A stretch of DNA of 64,000 nt from Candidatus Poseidoniaceae archaeon. GTDB taxonomy: Archaea > Thermoplasmatota > Poseidoniia > Poseidoniales > Poseidoniaceae. This document shows positions 1-9,522 of this stretch, in pieces. The notes beneath the pieces were generated by a model. It did not search any database, had not been told where the DNA came from, and saw only the letters and a program-made list of their open reading frames with translations. How positions within the stretch are numbered: position 1 is the first letter of the stretch; every line of letters starts with the position of its first letter. Position numbers and translations under genes: made by a program. The stretch covers positions 5,387-69,386 of the forward strand of contig JBMZTB010000001.1 of NCBI GenBank assembly GCA_049623485.1, in the 5' to 3' direction.

Positions 1-519
1 AGTGACCTCATCTTGATGTTGTAATGATCGCTCGCCAATGTGTTCAAGAGTTTCATCGACAGTGTCGGATAAGACCACAAAACCTCCTGATGCACTTGTT
101 GCCGTATCGATTGGACTTGCTCTTCCGCCCTGGGCGAATGCTTCTGCTTGATGAGATAATTGCCCTGCAATCCCTGCATCAACTTCTTCCTGCCTGAGTT
201 GCTGTAAAGCAGCAACTAAAGCAACAGACAACGCTGCTGATGAACCAAGACCAGAGGCAGTAGGGACATTGCCTCGTATTCGAATTTTAAGGGGTGGCAT
301 CACATTCTCTGGCCATAACTTTTCTTTGAGGAAATCGATATGGGGATGTTTTGAGAAATTCAAAATTCCTCCATCAAGTCGCCATGAATCGAATTTGTTC
401 TCCTCTTCTAGTTCAACAACCATTCGTTGGTTGATGCTGCATGCAACTGCAGGCTGTCCGTAAACGACGGCGTGCTCTCCGAAAAGAATACACTTTCCCG
501 GAGCACTCGCTTTCACCAT
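1..519 (-). CDS. mvk: Mevalonate kinase (GHMP kinase), N-terminal part. The gene runs off the 5' edge of the window and is absent from the ORF track because it has no stop codon inside the window.
   Basis: Reverse-strand translation from the ATG at 519..517 gives MVKASAPGKCILFGEHAVVYGQPAVA..., matching the GHMP kinase N-terminal motif. Further on comes PTASGLGSSAALSVALVAAL, the GHMP ATP-binding PxGSGLGSSAA motif. Confidence 0.75.
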   Translation of the reverse strand, partial: MVKASAPGKCILFGEHAVVYGQPAVACSINQRMVVELEEENKFDSWRLDGGILNFSKHPHIDFLKEKLWPENVMPPLKIRIRGNVPTASGLGSSAALSVALVAALQQLRQEEVDAGIAGQLSHQAEAFAQGGRASPIDTATSASGGFVVLSDTVDETLEHIGERSLQHQDEVT

Positions 520-585
520 GGTTCATCCAGTCGTTTCACAATCATTAGGATTGGTATTGTTTCAATCGTTGGGTTGAAGGATTGA

Positions 586-2631
586 ATGCGCTTGGGTTGG
601 CATATGATGGTCCATCCACTCGACGTTGACTATGCTGGAATCAAAGGGTATTACCTCCTTTTGATCCTCGGAGGTGTGTCGATTGCTTTCTTTTCTTATC
701 AAGTTCAGAAAGCCACACGATTGGTTCTTCTCGGAGCTCCAGACAAGCGATTTGATTCTTGGGGCAAGCGCTTGAAAGAAACGCTCACTGTTTGGCTTGG
801 CCAAAAGAAAGTCTTGGAGGATAAAGTAGCGGGAACAATGCACGTACTCATGTTCTGGGGCTTTTTGATGCTCTCTTCTGACATGCTCGATCTTGCAACA
901 GCAAATCGATTCAGTGAACATATCCTTCCAGATTTCTTGAATGGTATTTGGAATGGAATGGTTGAACTTGGATACACTAGCGCTCTTCTCGGTTGTTTCC
1001 TTGCTCTGAATCGCCGAGTTCTTTTTACTCCTGAGAAGTTGAAAGGAAAATCCCAACTCGAAGGGAATGTGATATTGCTTCTAATTATGACCATCTGTGT
1101 CACGTCCTACATTGTTGAAGCAGGGGAGAATCCAGACCCCACATGGGAAATGATCGGCGCATGGGTTGCTGATACCTTCTCACCAAGCCAAGGTGCGATT
1201 AATATTGCCTACTGGGCTCACATGGTTGCGATTTGCACATTCCTTTTCTTGATTCCACTTTCAAAGCACATGCACTTAGTCATGGCATTGCCAAACGTTG
1301 CCTTCTTTGATACAGAGCCAATGGCAAAAATGAGACCACTCGAAATAGATGAAAGTGGTTCTGCAGTCTCCTTGGATGATTTAGAACTGGAAACCTTCGG
1401 TGCGTCAACGTTTACACAACTCACGTGGAGAAGCCTCATCGATGGATGGGCCTGTACATCTTGTGCTCGTTGTCAAGACGTCTGTCCGGCTTATGCCTCG
1501 GGCAAATCGCTCAATCCAATGCAAATCATTCATGATGTACGCAATTATGCTAATGAACATTCATCGCAATTACTTGCTGGAGAAACACCAGACGAAGACA
1601 TCATCGCTAGGTTTGGGGAAGAAGCAGTCTGGGCATGTACAACATGTCATGCATGTGTCGATGTATGCCCTGTCAACATTGAGCACGTGCCCAAACTTAC
1701 CGATGCTCGCCGGCACCTCATGATGGAAAGAATGGAATTTGATGAATCTGTTGAGGACACCATAATGCCTCTTATGGCGACCATTGAGAACCTAGAATCC
1801 GATTCAAATCCTTACGGTTTGCCATCACATGAACGAGGAGATTGGGCCGCAGATCTTGATGTCAAGGTTGCAGAACCTGCTGAATACATCTATTTTGCTG
1901 GATGTGCAGCCTCCTTCGATGAGCGCAACAAAAAGGTTGCAAGAGATACGATTTCAATCATGAAAGAAGCAGGCTTAGATGTTGGCATCTTAGGAATGCA
2001 AGAAGGTTGCAGTGGGGACGCAGCAAGACGCGCTGGAAATGAATATCTCTTCCAAATGCTTGCTGAAACGAATTTAGAAACATTCAACGAACTTGGTGTA
2101 AAGAAAGTCGTCGCCTCATGTCCACATTGTTTCCATACTCTTGGCAAGGAATACAAGGACTATGGTGGAGAAGATATCGAAGTCATGCATCACTCACAAT
2201 TGATTGCTCATCTTCAAGGAGAAGGCAAACTACCTGAGCCGAAACATGATGGTTCCGTAACCTATCACGATCCATGTTATCTTGGGCGAATAGGCGGGGA
2301 ATACGATGCGCCACGAGAAATCATTGGTGGCGTGGATGTGGAAGCAGAGCGCCATGGGCGTGGTTCCTTCTGTTGTGGAGCAGGTGGCGCCCAGATGTGG
2401 ATGGAAGAATCAGTTCCAGAAGGAAATGACAGAGTCAATATTATTCGAGCCAAGGAACTTGCAGCAACTGGAGCAGATACTGTTGCAGTCGGATGTCCAT
2501 TCTGTTCTACAATGGTCACAGATGGGCTATCAGCAATTGATTCAAACATTGAGGTAAAAGATATTGCCGAACTCGTTTGGGAACAAATCAAATCAAACGA
2601 TGCTAAAATTGAAGCAGCAAAATCAGCATAG
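586..2631 (+). CDS. Membrane-bound Fe-S oxidoreductase. An N-terminal polytopic His-rich (cytochrome b / NarI-HdrE-DsrM-like) domain is fused to an HdrD/GlpC/DsrK-like module with two 4Fe-4S ferredoxin motifs and two CCG domains.
   Basis: About 5 TM helices with conserved His residues (MHVLMFWGF, WAHMVAICTF, KHMHLVMA). Two CxxCxxCxxxCP motifs (CTSCARCQDVCP, CTTCHACVDVCP). Two CCG-type cysteine clusters (CPHCFHTLG, GCPFCSTMV). Confidence 0.7.
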   Translation: MRLGWHMMVHPLDVDYAGIKGYYLLLILGGVSIAFFSYQVQKATRLVLLGAPDKRFDSWGKRLKETLTVWLGQKKVLEDKVAGTMHVLMFWGFLMLSSDMLDLATANRFSEHILPDFLNGIWNGMVELGYTSALLGCFLALNRRVLFTPEKLKGKSQLEGNVILLLIMTICVTSYIVEAGENPDPTWEMIGAWVADTFSPSQGAINIAYWAHMVAICTFLFLIPLSKHMHLVMALPNVAFFDTEPMAKMRPLEIDESGSAVSLDDLELETFGASTFTQLTWRSLIDGWACTSCARCQDVCPAYASGKSLNPMQIIHDVRNYANEHSSQLLAGETPDEDIIARFGEEAVWACTTCHACVDVCPVNIEHVPKLTDARRHLMMERMEFDESVEDTIMPLMATIENLESDSNPYGLPSHERGDWAADLDVKVAEPAEYIYFAGCAASFDERNKKVARDTISIMKEAGLDVGILGMQEGCSGDAARRAGNEYLFQMLAETNLETFNELGVKKVVASCPHCFHTLGKEYKDYGGEDIEVMHHSQLIAHLQGEGKLPEPKHDGSVTYHDPCYLGRIGGEYDAPREIIGGVDVEAERHGRGSFCCGAGGAQMWMEESVPEGNDRVNIIRAKELAATGADTVAVGCPFCSTMVTDGLSAIDSNIEVKDIAELVWEQIKSNDAKIEAAKSA

Positions 2632-2637
2632 ATCGTT

Positions 2638-3297
2638 ATGAAGCGCCTCCTTATTGTAGACTTACTTGCTGAACGTCAAGCATTTGGCGAGAAAGGATGT
2701 GAGGAAATCATCAGGCATTTCCCTGAACACGATGTTTTCCTATGGTCTCCTCACATCGAAAATCCTCGAACTTATCCATTCGGAACCAGAGTAAAACAAC
2801 CTGTAGAAACGGATGTGATCGTCATTACAGGAAGTCGCAAGAATGTCACTTCATGGGAACCATGGATGGATGCAGTCGTTTCTTTGATTCAGAATTCAGA
2901 AGCTGAAATACTGGGTATATGCTTTGGTCATCAAATCATCTGTGCAGCGTTTGGAGGCACGATTGAGCGAGATGACAAAAATCATGCCTTTATCACGGAG
3001 GTGACCTATCAAAACGGGACTAAGGTGAATCAATTATTCACGCACCAAGAATTCGTCACAAACAGCGGCGAGATGGACGTTATCGCTTCTACTGAGCATT
3101 GTAAAATTGCTGCCTGTCGTCATCCTACTCGCCCAATTCGTTCTGTCCAATTCCATCCAGAGGCAGTAAAGAATGTCCTGGATTATGCCCTTGAATGCGG
3201 GGATATGTCTGAATTAGAACGTCGCTCATTTGGTAATGCTGATCAAGATCTAGATGTCGCCTCTGCATTGATTGATGCGGAGGCGATGGCCAATTGA
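2638..3297 (+). CDS. Class I glutamine amidotransferase-like protein
   Basis: GATase1 nucleophile elbow ILGICFGHQII. Size 219 aa. Start is 7 nt after the upstream stop. Confidence 0.55.
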   Translation: MKRLLIVDLLAERQAFGEKGCEEIIRHFPEHDVFLWSPHIENPRTYPFGTRVKQPVETDVIVITGSRKNVTSWEPWMDAVVSLIQNSEAEILGICFGHQIICAAFGGTIERDDKNHAFITEVTYQNGTKVNQLFTHQEFVTNSGEMDVIASTEHCKIAACRHPTRPIRSVQFHPEAVKNVLDYALECGDMSELERRSFGNADQDLDVASALIDAEAMAN

Positions 3298-4241
3298 ATC
3301 AAGATGCTCTTTTGAAGTGGTTTGACAAAAATCAACGGGCATTGCCGTGGCGAAAGAACCCCTCGCCTTGGTCAATTTTATTGTCCGAAATTCTTCTTCA
3401 ACAAACCCAAATGGAACGAGGCGTGGAATATCATCAGAGATTGTTTGAGCGATTTCCAACTCCTTCCTCAATGGCTGAATCTGAGGTGGATGAAGTTCTC
3501 TTCTTGTGGCAAGGGGCGGGATATTACTCTAGGGCAAGAAGACTTCATTCTCTATCTCAAATTGTCGTAAACGATTACGGAGGAGTTCTTCCTTCGATGT
3601 ATGATGACCTTCTGGCTCTGCCTGGTATTGGGCCATACACTGCTGCTGCGGTTGCCTCGATTGCATTCAATCATCCCGTTGCGTGCGTTGACGGAAATGT
3701 CCGTCGAGTGATGGCTCGTCAAACAAATAACGAAAATCCAACTGTAAAAGATGTTCAAGAATTTGCTGATGTGAATCTTTTTCGAGATCATCCTGGGGAT
3801 TGGAATCAGGCGATGATGGAACTAGGTGCCATGATTTGCCGGCCAAGAAATCCATTGTGTGATGCTTGTCCAGTACGGATGAGTTGCAAAGGAACCTTTC
3901 GAGCAAACGAATTGCCCCAGCCAAAGAAAAAAAAGAAGAAAAATGTTGAACTTCAATGTATTCTCAAGATTGATTCTCAAGGTCGACCAGAATTGATACA
4001 ACGGCCCAATTCGGGACTATTTGCAGGTCTTTGGGGTCCTCAAATTGCAGATGAACTCGATACGAAAGGGCTTGACTATCTAGGTTCTATTCGGCACGTT
4101 CTATCGCATCGAGTAATGATGATTCATGTTTGGAAGGATTCATGCGAACAAGGGATTGACCCTCATACAGTTGCTCTTTCAACGCTCGATCGACGTATCT
4201 TGGCCCTTGCCGGTGTGTTCTTTGATGTCCCATTGGAATGA
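3294..4241 (+). CDS. mutY: A/G-specific adenine DNA glycosylase (MutY-like), with HhH-GPD domain, 4Fe-4S loop and C-terminal NUDIX-like domain
   Basis: N-terminus LLKWFDKNQRALPWRKNPSPWSILLSEILLQQTQ is typical of MutY. LPGIGPYTAAAV is the HhH-GPD motif. CRPRNPLCDACPVRMSC is the Fe-S cluster loop. TTG start overlaps the upstream stop (TTGA). Confidence 0.75.
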   Translation: MNQDALLKWFDKNQRALPWRKNPSPWSILLSEILLQQTQMERGVEYHQRLFERFPTPSSMAESEVDEVLFLWQGAGYYSRARRLHSLSQIVVNDYGGVLPSMYDDLLALPGIGPYTAAAVASIAFNHPVACVDGNVRRVMARQTNNENPTVKDVQEFADVNLFRDHPGDWNQAMMELGAMICRPRNPLCDACPVRMSCKGTFRANELPQPKKKKKKNVELQCILKIDSQGRPELIQRPNSGLFAGLWGPQIADELDTKGLDYLGSIRHVLSHRVMMIHVWKDSCEQGIDPHTVALSTLDRRILALAGVFFDVPLE

Positions 4242-4922
4242 AGCTAAACATCCGATAAGACCGAAGAAAAGCAGGTATTCTGCTGGAGCAGCATAATTTA
4301 CCCACGGTTGTAGATAGTCCAATCCAATCTCTGAAGAATGAACGCCTAATTCCTCTTCCCCAGATTTGACTCCATCACGAAGTGATAATGACATCACCAG
4401 CAGGGATGTAAAAGCGATCAGTAACGAATAGATACGAACTTTTCGCCCCTTTGATGGTGATTTTGGTAATGAGAAATGCGTTGCAAACGCCCATGCAAAA
4501 CCTCCATGGAAGACCACAATAGCTGTGTAAATATGAATTTCGAGATTTTGTTCCATTGTGACAAATGCTAGGACTGCAAGGTGTGTTGAGGTCGCTAATC
4601 CACACAATAAAGCGACAAGATGCAACTTAGGTGAAGCAATAGGTTTGAACAAAATGTACAGTCGGAATGACACTACAATCTGAATCATTGCGGATAAGAA
4701 AAGACCTATTGAGAAGACATGATCTTCCATCCCTGGATGATCGGTTTCTGATATGAAAAAGGGGATGTCTCGATAATTTCCTGAAAAATAATGAATCAGC
4801 GTTGCAAATAAAACAGATACGGTTGGGAGTATCCAAGAGATTTGAATTAGTCGAGTATCCTTAAGACGTCGGTTGAAGATTTTAATTCCATCATCTGAAG
4901 TGAAATTAAACATGAGCCTCAT
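4179..4922 (-). CDS. Six-TM membrane protein, possibly Frag1/DRAM/Sfk1 (PGAP2/CWH43-like) family
   Basis: Six predicted hydrophobic helices. Motif FFISETDHPG...EDHVF lies after TM1 and resembles the ISDTG...PE..IF signature of that family. The family assignment is from memory and not verified. Confidence 0.4.
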   Translation of the reverse strand: MRLMFNFTSDDGIKIFNRRLKDTRLIQISWILPTVSVLFATLIHYFSGNYRDIPFFISETDHPGMEDHVFSIGLFLSAMIQIVVSFRLYILFKPIASPKLHLVALLCGLATSTHLAVLAFVTMEQNLEIHIYTAIVVFHGGFAWAFATHFSLPKSPSKGRKVRIYSLLIAFTSLLVMSLSLRDGVKSGEEELGVHSSEIGLDYLQPWVNYAAPAEYLLFFGLIGCLASFQWDIKEHTGKGQDTSIER

Positions 4923-4987
4923 GTGTGCCTAACTGATGTTGCGTATGAACCTTCAAGTGAGAGAGATTACACCGTCTACTTGTTCAG

Positions 4988-6475
4988 ATGCCACTCCGCC
5001 TTCACGATACCCGCCGTAAAGATAAAGTCGATTTCACGACACAATCTCCTGGAAAGGTAGGAATGTATGTTTGCGGAGTAACGGTTTACGACCGCTGTCA
5101 TTTAGGTCATGCACGATGTTACATTGCGTTTGATTTGATCCACCGTTGGCTTGAAGCATCAGGTTATGATGTTGATTACGTTCAGAATTTCACGGATATC
5201 GATGACAAAATCATCAAGCGGTCTATTGAATCTGGAGAAGACTGGAAAGCATTGGTTGATAGGAACATAGAAACCTATTACGAAGATATGGATTCTCTTA
5301 ACATCCTTCGAGCAGACCATTATCCAAGATGTACTGAATATGTCGACTCAATGATTCATATCATCGAGGACTTGATTCAGAAAGGCCATGCATATGCTGC
5401 AAATGACGGCGTTTATTTCCATGTTGAATCTGCTCCAGAGAAGTATGGTTTACTCACAGGACAATCAATCGATGCAGTTCGCCAAGGTGCTGGCGGGAGA
5501 GTCCAAGGAACTGGAGATAGCAAGCGTGATCACAAAGATTTCGCATTGTGGAAACAAGCTAAACCAGGTGAACCGACATGGCCTTCACCATGGGGTGAGG
5601 GTCGTCCAGGATGGCATATTGAATGCAGTGCAATGAGCCTCGACCATTTTGGTGTCTCCTTTGACATCCACGGGGGAGGACATGATTTGAGATTCCCTCA
5701 TCATGAAGCTGAAATTTTCCAAAGCGAATGCCACACGGGTCATTCGCCTTTAGCGGGATATTGGCTTCACAATGGTTTTGTCAATATTGATGGAGAGAAG
5801 ATGAGTAAATCACTTGGCAACTTTTGGACAATTCAAGAGATTCGAAAGAAGATTGATCCAATGGTGTTGAGATTCGCTTTGGTCAATGCCCACTATCGCT
5901 CTCCCATCGACATGAATGAACAACTCTTGAAAGATGCTCAGCGTAATTATAACCGTATTCTTGGTGCTTATGCATCTGCCCTTCAAGGATGCACTGAAGG
6001 GCAAAGTCATGCTTTACCTCCAGCCGATATCACTAGTATGAATCCCCTCTCAAAGTCTCTTGGCCTACTTGAAAAGATGGGAGAAGGATTTGCCTTAGCA
6101 ATGGATGATGATTTTAACAGCCGCGAAGCTGTAGCAAAAGTCCTTGCGGCAACAAAAGAACTCCAACGTATTCTCTCAATGGAACTTGATGAAGGAGATT
6201 CGAGAGCAGTCGCAAACTATGCGAAAGTTTGGTTGGAAGAAACAGCAGGACAAATTCTAGGAATCCTGCCAGCACCTGAGGTTGTACTTGCAGAACCAGA
6301 AGAAGACCCGAGAAGGGCTGAAATCGCTCCGAAAGTTGAACAACTTTTGACACAAAGAACTGAGGCAAGAAGCAACAAAGATTGGCCACGTGCTGATGCG
6401 ATTCGGGACGAATTAGCCGAATTAGGAGTGGTTGTAAAAGACACGCCAGAAGGTCCAACGTGGGACTTTTCTTGA
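4988..6475 (+). CDS. cysS: Cysteinyl-tRNA synthetase
   Basis: Class I aaRS motifs are present: HIGH-like CHLGHARCY and KMSKSLGN. Zn-binding Cys/His pattern. Length 495 aa. Confidence 0.9.
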   Translation: MPLRLHDTRRKDKVDFTTQSPGKVGMYVCGVTVYDRCHLGHARCYIAFDLIHRWLEASGYDVDYVQNFTDIDDKIIKRSIESGEDWKALVDRNIETYYEDMDSLNILRADHYPRCTEYVDSMIHIIEDLIQKGHAYAANDGVYFHVESAPEKYGLLTGQSIDAVRQGAGGRVQGTGDSKRDHKDFALWKQAKPGEPTWPSPWGEGRPGWHIECSAMSLDHFGVSFDIHGGGHDLRFPHHEAEIFQSECHTGHSPLAGYWLHNGFVNIDGEKMSKSLGNFWTIQEIRKKIDPMVLRFALVNAHYRSPIDMNEQLLKDAQRNYNRILGAYASALQGCTEGQSHALPPADITSMNPLSKSLGLLEKMGEGFALAMDDDFNSREAVAKVLAATKELQRILSMELDEGDSRAVANYAKVWLEETAGQILGILPAPEVVLAEPEEDPRRAEIAPKVEQLLTQRTEARSNKDWPRADAIRDELAELGVVVKDTPEGPTWDFS

Positions 6476-9082
6476 TCACTCTTCTTCCAGATTAGCACTT
6501 GGTGGTGGAGCTAATGGAGGCATCTCAGGCACAAAGTTGTAAGATTCACTTTCCCATTCTTTTTCGATGAGCACTGTTTGATCTTCACTGAAGACCTTCT
6601 CTTCTTCACTCTCTCGAGTCAAGAGCCCAATAGCAACAAGCAGTATGACGACAATAATCAGGAGAAGAGTTCCAGGGCCTATCAGCGAATCCTCTTCTGC
6701 CTTTGTGTCTGAAATATCGTCTCCAAGAATGCAATTAGGAGGACAATCATCTCGGCCAGAATCTCCTGTTTCATTGGTCTCTCCGTTGTTGTTTGGATCG
6801 ACTGGGTCAACTGGATCAACTGGATCAACAGGGTCGACTGGTGTTGTTGAGCCTCCTGTTCCGTCTTGCGGGTTGAAGACAACATTCACTCCTGTGCGTT
6901 GACCATTCTCCATCGGGACTTCATAATAATCGTATAGAACATCCAAATTGACGTGGGTATTTGCATGGTTTGAAGTCTCGATGATGTTGAAGTGACGGGT
7001 GTCCCCAGTTGTGAAAATATTATTCAGAACATTTCCTTGCATGGAACTGTAACTGTCTGTATTTGCTGACCATGTTGAGTCAATATCTGCAGGGTTTAGT
7101 GCCATTGCCATTTCCATGTTGCTCAGGATTGTACTCCATGATTGTGTACCTTCTGGAATGGATCGGTCCGTTACATCGACTGCCTTGTCGAAACCGGGTC
7201 CTGTAACTGTTTCCCAATCATTGCCCTTTAATTCAGTCATGATATCGATATCTCCCCAAACTGGTTGGCCATTGACCAATGTTAAGCGGACATCTGCATC
7301 AATGGCTTCGATGAGATTTCGGTAAGGATCTTCATGGAAGTTATCGATAACAACCAGATCTGCATACAAGCCTGCGTTTACTCTTCCAACAAACTGGTCC
7401 CAATTATTTGCCAATGCTGGATTCTTTGTTGTCATTGCTGCAAGCTCGTAATCAGAGAAGTATCCGTTGAGCGCTTGCTTATTCCATACATCTGCAACCT
7501 TGAGTTCATGAAGAACGTTCTTTGAACCGCTTGGGCCCCAGTCAGGAGCAAGAGAAATTCGAACTCCCGCCTGATCAGCCGCAACAACATCCGTTGTATT
7601 TCCATACAAAAGGAGGTTTGACAACGGGGACCATGCCAAGTCTGCTCCGACCTGCCCCATCATTGCAAATTCGGTGGCAGTCAAAGCAGTACCATGAACG
7701 ACAACCAATTCTCCAACGAGAAGGTTGTTTTCTACCAGCACATCAAATTCAGCCCGGCTGACTTCGTCAACACCTTCGGAAAGGTGGAGATACCATGCAT
7801 TGAGATCTCCTGAATTGTTTCCATTTTTGATGTGACTTCCGACATAATCTCCTTCAAGAGTTGTTACTTTGGTGTGAATATCATCGCCGCCAAAGTTGTA
7901 CAATTCGATGTTTCTTGAGAGCATGCTGTCCCAAGCATCAGTGTTGGAACTTGGAGAACCCTGAACGGCTGTGACGCCGCCCGCTACTGCCATAACCTCT
8001 GCATACTTCATTTGCTCATCAGCCATGTTCCACATACTGCCACCTTGGACAAAGGTCTTCATCCATGAAATATCTCGCTTGTAGTTTGGATTGTTCTTCC
8101 ATTGATTTCTGTTTGAATACCCGCCTTCGTCTGATTTTGTTGACGTATGTACGTCAAAATCCCAAAGCGGGATATGGTTGTAATGCATATGATTGTGGGA
8201 ATCGATGAGGCCTGGATAAATGGTTCCGTTCGTGTCTACAACGGGAACATCAGTAAGGTCAACATTGGAGGGTATTGTGTCGCCCCAAACCGCCTGTATC
8301 ATTCCATTTCGGATGAGGACATTCCCTTCGTTGATGACATCAGATTCAGCATTCATTGTTACAACACGGCCTTGGAGGACCATCGCATCGACTCTACCAC
8401 CATCGCTGATTCCGAAGCAGCCGACCATGTTTTGCGCAGATGAGAACGATTCACCTTCAGCATATCCTGGTGTCGGAGGACGAACTTTCCAAATCGTACC
8501 ATTTTCAAGTGGAATGTAGGAATTTCCATACCACGAATCTTCTGCTGGATAAGAGAGTTCATCGATAAGAGTTCCACTTGTATCCGTGAGTGATACGCTG
8601 TCTCCATCAAAATAGTCGAGTTCAATTCGAGATGCATTGATAAAAATAGAGATGTATCCATTTGCAGGAATCACTGTATTCCTTGCTATTTGACAAGGGG
8701 CACTGCCACCGTCTGGCTTGTCGTCAAGAACCCAGTCTGAGACGTTGATGGCTTGGGAAGTTGGATTATGAAGTTCGATAAATTGATCAGAAAATTTCCC
8801 ATATTCTCCGTCTGCATTCCAATCCGTAGCGTTGTAACAGTTGGTACACGTTTCGTTATTTTTCATACCATTAGGAGAAACAAGGATTTCAGAGATGATC
8901 ACAGAGTTGCTCTCTCCTGCAGATTCCACAGTTGGGCTGTCGAGCAACATTGAAGTCGGTGAAGCCGAAGTGAAGAGGAAAATTAAAACAGCACTGAGTA
9001 CGAGTGTTCGGCTCATATTCTTGGGGGTGCGTTCCAGCACATGAATCCGCCGATGCTCCATCGTGGTATAATGCATGAGCAA
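6476..9082 (-). CDS. Cell-surface-anchored metal-dependent amidohydrolase. Order is N-terminal signal/TM, a lamin-tail domain, an amidohydrolase domain, a PVDP-repeat stalk, a C-terminal TM helix and an acidic tail.
   Basis: N-terminal hydrophobic LVLSAVLIFLFTSA. LTD-like segment (FIELHNPTSQAINVSDWVLDD...). HxH metal motif GLIDSHNHMHYNH. (PVD)x5 repeats. C-terminal LLLIIVVILLVAIGLL followed by E/D-rich tail. Confidence 0.7.
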   Translation of the reverse strand: MLMHYTTMEHRRIHVLERTPKNMSRTLVLSAVLIFLFTSASPTSMLLDSPTVESAGESNSVIISEILVSPNGMKNNETCTNCYNATDWNADGEYGKFSDQFIELHNPTSQAINVSDWVLDDKPDGGSAPCQIARNTVIPANGYISIFINASRIELDYFDGDSVSLTDTSGTLIDELSYPAEDSWYGNSYIPLENGTIWKVRPPTPGYAEGESFSSAQNMVGCFGISDGGRVDAMVLQGRVVTMNAESDVINEGNVLIRNGMIQAVWGDTIPSNVDLTDVPVVDTNGTIYPGLIDSHNHMHYNHIPLWDFDVHTSTKSDEGGYSNRNQWKNNPNYKRDISWMKTFVQGGSMWNMADEQMKYAEVMAVAGGVTAVQGSPSSNTDAWDSMLSRNIELYNFGGDDIHTKVTTLEGDYVGSHIKNGNNSGDLNAWYLHLSEGVDEVSRAEFDVLVENNLLVGELVVVHGTALTATEFAMMGQVGADLAWSPLSNLLLYGNTTDVVAADQAGVRISLAPDWGPSGSKNVLHELKVADVWNKQALNGYFSDYELAAMTTKNPALANNWDQFVGRVNAGLYADLVVIDNFHEDPYRNLIEAIDADVRLTLVNGQPVWGDIDIMTELKGNDWETVTGPGFDKAVDVTDRSIPEGTQSWSTILSNMEMAMALNPADIDSTWSANTDSYSSMQGNVLNNIFTTGDTRHFNIIETSNHANTHVNLDVLYDYYEVPMENGQRTGVNVVFNPQDGTGGSTTPVDPVDPVDPVDPVDPNNNGETNETGDSGRDDCPPNCILGDDISDTKAEEDSLIGPGTLLLIIVVILLVAIGLLTRESEEEKVFSEDQTVLIEKEWESESYNFVPEMPPLAPPPSANLEEE
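6794..6838 (-). repeat. Five tandem 9-bp repeats (TGGRTCRAC on the + strand) encoding (P-V-D)x5 inside the 868-aa surface protein
   Basis: The tandem units tggatcgac / tgggtcaac / tggatcaac / tggatcaac / agggtcgac are visible directly in the sequence. Confidence 0.85.
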
Positions 9083-9108
9083 ATATACTCCAAACTACAG
9101 GGAGGGGT

Positions 9109-9483
9109 ATGGCGACAGTAACGATGCATGAATCTTCTTTCAATGAAATCATTGGAGAAAACAAACTCGTAATTATTGATTTTTGGGCAGAGTGGTGTGG
9201 TCCTTGCAGAGCCTATGCTCCAGTATTCGAAGGCGTATCAGAAGAATTTCCAGATGTTGTATTTGCAAAGGTAGATACCGAGGCTGAGCAAGCACTTGCG
9301 GGTTCTTTCGGTATTCGATCCATTCCTACGACAGTAGCGTTCAAAGATGGCATAGGAGTGTTCATGCAACCTGGTGCTCTTCCCGAGGATGCACTTCGAG
9401 ACCTCATAGGAAAACTACAATCTCTCGACATGGACGAAGTGCGAGCTGAACTTGAAGCTCAGGAAGCCAACGAGTCATCATGA
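9109..9483 (+). CDS. trxA: Thioredoxin
   Basis: WAEWCGPCR active site. 124 aa. Thioredoxin fold length. Confidence 0.9.
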   Translation: MATVTMHESSFNEIIGENKLVIIDFWAEWCGPCRAYAPVFEGVSEEFPDVVFAKVDTEAEQALAGSFGIRSIPTTVAFKDGIGVFMQPGALPEDALRDLIGKLQSLDMDEVRAELEAQEANESS

Positions 9484-9522
9484 TGCGCAAAGCGTCATAT
9501 GTTTGTCCCTTAACCGATAACC

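Noticed and set aside
562-1103. Two reverse-strand ORFs (164 and 132 aa) overlapping the 5' part of the HdrD-like gene
   Set aside because: The + strand frame encodes a coherent polytopic membrane domain continuous with the Fe-S module. The minus-strand ORFs have no features.
6114-6498. Leu-rich and Ser-rich reverse-strand ORFs inside cysS
   Set aside because: They are antisense to a strongly supported class I aaRS gene and are low-complexity. The likely cause is the compositional bias of the coding strand.
6794-6838. Short tandem DNA repeats that could superficially suggest a CRISPR or minisatellite
   Set aside because: The units are 9 bp, contiguous, in frame and encode PVD tripeptides inside a CDS. 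There are no spacers and no cas genes. It is a coding stalk repeat.
9060-9108. AAATATAC element upstream of trxA as an archaeal TATA box
   Set aside because: It is plausible by position (about 30 nt upstream of the ATG, consistent with a leaderless mRNA). However, AT-rich hexamers are frequent and there is no BRE consensus I can verify. It is not reported as a feature.
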